From contig OZ244207.1 in the NCBI GenBank assembly GCA_965216875.1, positions 3,104,001 through 3,168,000 on the forward strand: a stretch of 64,000 nucleotides of DNA, in the 5' to 3' direction. Origin of the DNA: Rubripirellula sp. (lineage in GTDB: Bacteria; Planctomycetota; Planctomycetia; Pirellulales; Pirellulaceae). This document shows positions 58,848 through 64,000 of this stretch, in pieces. Made by a program: the position numbers and the translations under genes. How positions within the stretch are numbered: position 1 is the stretch's first letter; each line of letters begins with the position of its first letter. The notes under the pieces were generated by a model. The model ran no database searches and was not told where the DNA came from. It saw nothing but the letters and a program-made list of their open reading frames with translations.

Positions 58848-59365
58848 CAGCTAGGCTCCACCAGACGCCGATGAACACATTCGACCAAACCCTGACGAAT
58901 CCGCTGAAGCGATTTGTACAGCGAGTTGACCGAGCGGCCCATTTCCTCCGCCAATTCGATCAGGGTTTGTTCGTCTTCATATCGCGACTTGAGCAACGCT
59001 GCCTGCTTGTCGGTCAATCCAGCGAGACAAGCCTTCAATGCGCGTCGGCGTGATTCTTCCCAATCCTGGCTTTCAGGATAATCTTGAGCGAGCGACTCGA
59101 GAGTTTCCTCACTCAAATAGATCCGCCTGGATGCCTCCCGTCGTCGGTGCATGAGCACTTTGCGGTAGGCAAATCGGCTGGCCCAAGGCAGGAAGGGCAG
59201 GGAACGGTCGTACGAGGCAAAATGCTCCCAAAGCTGAACCATCGTTTCTTGAATCACATCGTCGGCGTCAGCGCGACTGTGCAGCAACGAATAGACGAAG
59301 CCGTACAACCGATGCTCATTGGCTGCGTAGAGCTCTGTGAATTCTTGGTGTCGATCATCGTCCAT
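58847..59365 (-). CDS. ECF sigma factor (Rhodopirellula/Verrucomicrobia type)
   Basis: ADDVIQET, FLPWA and YKSLQRIRQGLVECV motifs. Confidence 0.92.
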   Translation of the reverse strand: MDDDRHQEFTELYAANEHRLYGFVYSLLHSRADADDVIQETMVQLWEHFASYDRSLPFLPWASRFAYRKVLMHRRREASRRIYLSEETLESLAQDYPESQDWEESRRRALKACLAGLTDKQAALLKSRYEDEQTLIELAEEMGRSVNSLYKSLQRIRQGLVECVHRRLVEPS

Positions 59366-59810
59366 CGCGCAAGCCAATTCCGAAGCAGCAAAACGCTATT
59401 CTCGATCGCCACAAATGCCTGCCGCAACAGTCATATGAACGAAGTCCTGTCAAAATCGCATTGGAGTCGAACGATGCGACGTGAGTTATTCGCCACAACA
59501 AACCTCTCCGCTACTGCCCCAGCCGAACGAACGCCCGAAAAACGGCCAATACCCGAGCAGAAGTGTTGGAGTATCGTTGTCTCGAGCTGCGTTCGACTAG
59601 CAGGGAGAAGCTGTGGTGGCACTCGGGCATATGCGTAACGATGCGCGACCTGCCGCAAGATATCGAAAAAAAGATGATGTTTCCTGGCTCCGCATCCATC
59701 CCACGATTGACGGCGATTTCGCGGCAAAAGCGACAACACCGAAAGGCCTTCGCCCAATCAGGCAGGCCCGATCTTCTCGGAATTCGGGACCGGCACCCCA
59801 TGTTTGCCGG

Positions 59811-60995
59811 CTAGGTCGGCAGCGTGTCAGCTGACATCTCACAAGGCAGGTAGAGAGACAACGTGGTGCCAACGCCAACTGCCGATTCAACATCGATGCC
59901 ACCGCGATGCTGTTTCAACACGTTATAGACCGATGCCAGTCCAAGCCCGGTACCAGCGTCGGCCCGCTTGGTGCTGAAAAAAGGGTCAAACATTTGTTCG
60001 ATCACTTCGTCGGGCATTCCGGTCCCATTATCAGCCACTGAAACGACGACATGATTCCCAGGCTCACAGGGGATCGCCAGCCTCTTCCCTCGCTCTTCGT
60101 CGACGTACTTCGCTGTGAGCGTGATCTCGATCGTACCTTTACCGCCAATTGCGTCGCGGGCATTGAGAAGGAGATTGAGGAGCGCGCTTTGAATCTGATC
60201 GCTCTCACAATCGATTGAAAACTGCTGCTCGTCAGCAGACCAAACGATCTCTACCTCATCGCCAATACTGGTTTCCGCCAACAACAATGTGTTGTCGACG
60301 ATCTTCTCCAATTCACATTTCTTGGGATTCGACGGTCGCATGTGAGCAAAGGAGAGTAACCGCGACGTCACCGACGCTCCATGTTCGGCAGCCAAGTGAA
60401 TGTTCGCCGCCAGGTCTCGCAGCTCTTCCATTCCGGGCTCGCTGAGTCGAAACTGCAAGACTTGCGAGAAATTCAAAATGGCGGACAACACGTTGTTGAA
60501 ATCGTGGGCCATTCCGCCAGCAAGTTTGCCGAGCACATCGATCTTTTGGGCTTGCCGCAGCTGCGACTCAAGTGCCTTCTGCTCGGTAATGTCGAACATG
60601 GTTCCGACGCTGCGAATCAAGTTCCCAGAATCATCGCGAAACAGCACGCAATTCAAGACAACCGACCGAACGCTTCCATCGCTTCGCACCACGCGAACTT
60701 CCAACACCTCGCCACGGCCGGTCTGCAAGAGTTTTTCGCGCGTGGCGGTATAGAGATCCCAATCATCCTTGTGAATCGCTGCGTCGAATCGCTCGACCGA
60801 CGGCTCTTCTGAATTGGGCGCGAGGCCCAAGATCCGATAAACCCCATCGGACCACGAGACCTTTTGCGTGGCAAAATCCCACGACCAACAACCCATCTGC
60901 GAAATCTGTTCGGCAGTCGCCAAGAGTGCTTCGCGCTCTGACGGGTTGTCATCGAACCAACGATCCGACGGATCGGTTCCTTCGTTCAAGCTCAT
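59811..60995 (-). CDS. PAS-domain cytoplasmic sensor histidine kinase
   Basis: GCWSWD...WSD PAS domain, AGGMAHDFNN H-box, NLLLNARDA, DNGTGM, FDPFFSTK and GTGLGL motifs. Confidence 0.93.
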   Translation of the reverse strand: MSLNEGTDPSDRWFDDNPSEREALLATAEQISQMGCWSWDFATQKVSWSDGVYRILGLAPNSEEPSVERFDAAIHKDDWDLYTATREKLLQTGRGEVLEVRVVRSDGSVRSVVLNCVLFRDDSGNLIRSVGTMFDITEQKALESQLRQAQKIDVLGKLAGGMAHDFNNVLSAILNFSQVLQFRLSEPGMEELRDLAANIHLAAEHGASVTSRLLSFAHMRPSNPKKCELEKIVDNTLLLAETSIGDEVEIVWSADEQQFSIDCESDQIQSALLNLLLNARDAIGGKGTIEITLTAKYVDEERGKRLAIPCEPGNHVVVSVADNGTGMPDEVIEQMFDPFFSTKRADAGTGLGLASVYNVLKQHRGGIDVESAVGVGTTLSLYLPCEMSADTLPT

Positions 60996-61096
60996 TTTCC
61001 GTTACCGTTGAACAAAAGGGCTAAACAGCCAAAAGCACAACTTTCGCTACCAGTGTCCGCAACATTGGAGTCGCGCTGCTGGAAGCCCACACTCAT

Positions 61097-61180
<84 letters not shown>

Positions 61181-61451
61181 GCACGCTTCCAACGCAAACC
61201 TGATCGTCACCAGTAGATCTAACAGGTCAGCCTGAAGGGAACGCTTCTGTACTGTAGGCCCGGATCAAGAAGCGACAGCGAGGCAGATCCGGCATATTCC
61301 ACTACCTTTGCCGCTCCGGCGAGCGTAGCAACGGCTTACCGTTCGTCGTCCCACTTTTAGGCTGAAGAGCCTGAAGATTTCGGAGAATGCGTCGAGAGCA
61401 TTCGCGGGTTGGATGACGGGGGCGGATCGAAACGCTCACCGAAAAGAAGAG

Positions 61452-61536
<85 letters not shown>

Positions 61537-61674
61537 TTGCGTGTGCGATGCAGGGCATGAGTTTCGCAAATCCTTGATTCACGTCAACGCCCCTTCCACG
61601 CTCAATTTTTCTTTCGCTCTGCTTGCTAGACGATCATTCCGATTTTGAGGTTCGCACCGACAAAGATCGCCGCT

Positions 61675-62853
61675 TCACTGCACCGCCGCTCTGGCCGACT
61701 CCGCTCGCTTGACCGCCTCGTCCACAGTATCGGCTGTCGCCGTCAAATGCCCCATTTTGCGGCCCTTCTTTGCATCCTGCTTTCCATACAAATGCAAACA
61801 AGCACCTGGAACAGCGAGAGCTTTTGACCAATCGGGATCGCCATCGTCCCAAAGATCGCCGAGCAAGTTGACCATTGCGGCGGCGCCACAACGCAACGAA
61901 GTTTCTCCGAGCGGCATCCCGCAAATCGCTCGCACATGCTGGCCGAACTGACTCGTGTGGCACGCTTCGATCGTCAGGTGTCCCGAGTTGTGTGGCCGTG
62001 GCGCGACCTCGTTGATCAGGACTTCATCGCCTTGGACAAACATCTCAACGCAAAGCAAGCCAACGACGCCGAGCGTTTCGGCAGCGGCCTTTGCGATTTC
62101 CTCGGCTCGCTCCTGCACCGCTTGGCTGACCGAGGCTGGCGCAACCGAGAGGTCAAGAATGTGGTTGCGGTGCCCATTTTCGAAAACGGGGAACGTCTTT
62201 ACTTCACCGACGCTGCTACGCGCGACGACGACCGAAACTTCGCAATCAAATGCGATACACTTTTCGGCTGCCCAGGCTTGGTTGGTGTCCCACGTTGTTT
62301 GCCGTGCCTGCTCGGCCGATTCGACTCGGTGCTGTCCCTTGCCGTCGTAGCCACTGGTTGCCGTTTTGACGATCAAAGGCCAACCCAACTGATCCGCCAA
62401 TTGGATGATCGAATCGGCACCCGTCACCTCAGCAAACGGGGTGACCGGCAAACCAGCACCGGCAAGCGTCCCTTTTTCGCGGAGTCGATCTTGGGCTGTC
62501 GCCAATACGGACGCGTCGGGATAGGTCGGCGCGTGCTCGCCGCAAAGTGCGATGGTGTCGGCGGGAATGTTCTCGAATTCAAGCGTGATCACATCACATT
62601 GCGAAGCGAATTCGGCGGCAACCTCGTGGTCGGTAAGCTCACCGACAAAGACGCGATGTGCGACCTGAGCGGCAGGGTCGTCGGCACTGGTCGTAAAGAC
62701 AAACACCTTGTAGCCCATCGACGCTGCGGCAACCGCAAACATTCGTCCGAGTTGGCCCCCGCCGACCATGCCGATCGTTGCGCCGGGCAGAAGGGGTTTG
62801 GTGCTTTCGGCTGGAGATGTTGAAGGTTGGGCCACGGAGGTGTTCGATTCCAT
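61675..62853 (-). CDS. purK: 5-(carboxyamino)imidazole ribonucleotide synthase
   Basis: GGGQLGRM, TLEFEN, GYDGKGQ, NEVAPRPHNSGH and LYGK...GRKMGH motifs. Confidence 0.97.
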   Translation of the reverse strand: MESNTSVAQPSTSPAESTKPLLPGATIGMVGGGQLGRMFAVAAASMGYKVFVFTTSADDPAAQVAHRVFVGELTDHEVAAEFASQCDVITLEFENIPADTIALCGEHAPTYPDASVLATAQDRLREKGTLAGAGLPVTPFAEVTGADSIIQLADQLGWPLIVKTATSGYDGKGQHRVESAEQARQTTWDTNQAWAAEKCIAFDCEVSVVVARSSVGEVKTFPVFENGHRNHILDLSVAPASVSQAVQERAEEIAKAAAETLGVVGLLCVEMFVQGDEVLINEVAPRPHNSGHLTIEACHTSQFGQHVRAICGMPLGETSLRCGAAAMVNLLGDLWDDGDPDWSKALAVPGACLHLYGKQDAKKGRKMGHLTATADTVDEAVKRAESARAAVQ

Positions 62854-62892
62854 TGATTGAACGCGAGGGTGGATTGGCAGGAGAAATGAATT

Positions 62893-63399
62893 TTAAAGCT
62901 CAGCCGATTCCAACACAGCGTCCGTCTGACGCTGGATGAAGGTGGCGAGCCGCTCGGCCAGCGCCGAGTCACTCAATGACAAAATGCGCGCCGCCATCAG
63001 GCCCGCATTCTTGGCACCCGAGTTTCCGATCGACATGGTCGCAACGGGAATCCCACCGGGCATCTGTGCAATCGAGAGGAGCGAATCGAGGCCCTGGAGT
63101 GCACGGCTTTGCACGGGCACGCCAATCACAGGCAAGATCGTTTCTGATGCCACCATTCCGGGCAAGTGTGCAGCACCCCCGGCGCCGGCAATGATGACCT
63201 TGAGCCCTCGACCGGCTGCCGATTCGGCGTAGGACGCCATGCGTTGGGGTGTACGGTGAGCCGAAACGACGAGACTTTCATGCGGGATCGACAATTCTTT
63301 GAGAACGTCAGCAGCGTTCTTCATTGTGTCCCAGTCGTTGCGGCTGCCCATGATCACGCCAACAAGTGCGTCGGTTGCGCCAAAGTCGGTTCCGCTCAT
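62893..63399 (-). CDS. purE: N5-carboxyaminoimidazole ribonucleotide mutase
   Basis: [30 protein letters not shown] and [10 protein letters not shown] motifs. Confidence 0.97.
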   Translation of the reverse strand: MSGTDFGATDALVGVIMGSRNDWDTMKNAADVLKELSIPHESLVVSAHRTPQRMASYAESAAGRGLKVIIAGAGGAAHLPGMVASETILPVIGVPVQSRALQGLDSLLSIAQMPGGIPVATMSIGNSGAKNAGLMAARILSLSDSALAERLATFIQRQTDAVLESAEL

Positions 63400-63547
63400 C
63401 AGTCGCCTACAGCATTGGATTGGGGGCTCTTTTGCCCCAAGTTTTACGCATTGGGCGGAGGTTTGAGAAGTCGCTCTCTAGCCGCGGCGTCGGCGAGAGG
63501 CTGTGATTTTCTGTGAGCCGTGCAAATGTTGCGTTTGGGGACGCGAC

Positions 63548-63569
63548 TTTCGCGGAGCGAATGGCGACA
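63548..63569. repeat. Dispersed repeat TTTCGCGGAGCGAAWGGCGACA, copy 2
   Basis: Matches 13443-13465 with one mismatch. Confidence 0.75.
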
Positions 63570-63651
63570 TTCAAAAAACCACAGCCTAGAAGAGTGCATC
63601 GTCAGAGAGCCCTGGTCGGGCGAGGATCCCCCTGCTCCAACGCCACCGCTC

Positions 63652-64000
63652 CTAAATCAGTTCGAGTTGGGCGAAGGCGACTCGAAAACTGTGTTCGCCA
63701 TCAGGAAACTGGACTTTTGCCATTCGCTTCGGGCCGCGCCCGGTCACCGAGATGATGGTCCCGTCCCCATATTCTTGATGGCGGACTTGGATCCCCTCGC
63801 GAAACGCCGTTAGCGGCACTTTGCCCTTTTGCATCAAGTCCGCAGCCGTCTTGAGTGCGGCTGGAGCAGGGCTCTCTTTCTTAGGCGATTTCAATTTTGG
63901 ATTTGGTGGACCGCCGTCCTCAGGACCGTCGGGTTCAAAGTTGACCTGCTCATCAACGGCATCAACGTTCTCGTCCGATTCGCGGACTTGGCTTGGTCCT
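63652..64000 (-). CDS. C-terminus of PcrA/UvrD-type helicase (Tudor-like domain), partial
   Basis: GIQVRHQEYGDGTIISVTG...AKVQF...FRVAFAQLE resembles the PcrA/UvrD C-terminal domain. The frame stays open to the window edge. Confidence 0.7.
   Translation of the reverse strand, partial: GPSQVRESDENVDAVDEQVNFEPDGPEDGGPPNPKLKSPKKESPAPAALKTAADLMQKGKVPLTAFREGIQVRHQEYGDGTIISVTGRGPKRMAKVQFPDGEHSFRVAFAQLELI

Noticed and set aside
59378..59810. Small ORFs or an ncRNA between the ECF and kinase genes
   Set aside because: No recognisable motif, RBS or convincing structure was found, so it is treated as regulatory intergenic DNA.

Overview
Window from a GC-rich planctomycete, most likely Pirellulaceae (Rhodopirellula/Stieleria-like). 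This is inferred from the ECF sigma plus Ser/Thr kinase pair, the ECF plus FecR pair, four sulfatases, DUF1080 and a Tat-exported Gfo/Idh/MocA enzyme. Left to right: (1) a lipid-modification operon (FAD oxidoreductase, DUF1365, two CFA-synthase-like methyltransferases, DUF1475, DUF1295) resembling the furan fatty acid pathway; (2) a five-gene operon with a MotA/TolQ/ExbB channel, two long coiled-coil ExbD-like proteins, a lipoprotein and a large single-TM protein; (3) a repeat-rich intergenic region and an FeS-less (6-4) photolyase-like gene; (4) a divergent uvrA paired with a degenerate nucleotidyltransferase-fold gene; (5) ECF/STK signalling genes and a 32-bp REP-like tandem array; (6) the most striking feature, a ~12 kb redox cluster (32.6-44.7 kb) encoding a NuoE-NuoF fusion, a NuoG-like Fe-S protein with two cyclic-nucleotide-binding domains where a catalytic domain normally sits, a four-His membrane protein, a decaheme and three paralogous pentaheme cytochromes c, which I infer to be a cNMP-gated NAD(H)-to-periplasm electron conduit; (7) a sulfatase-rich block; (8) tRNA-Leu(GAG) with an inverted degenerate copy, then purK, purE and the 3' end of a PcrA/UvrD helicase. 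All calls come from reading motifs by eye; no searches were run.
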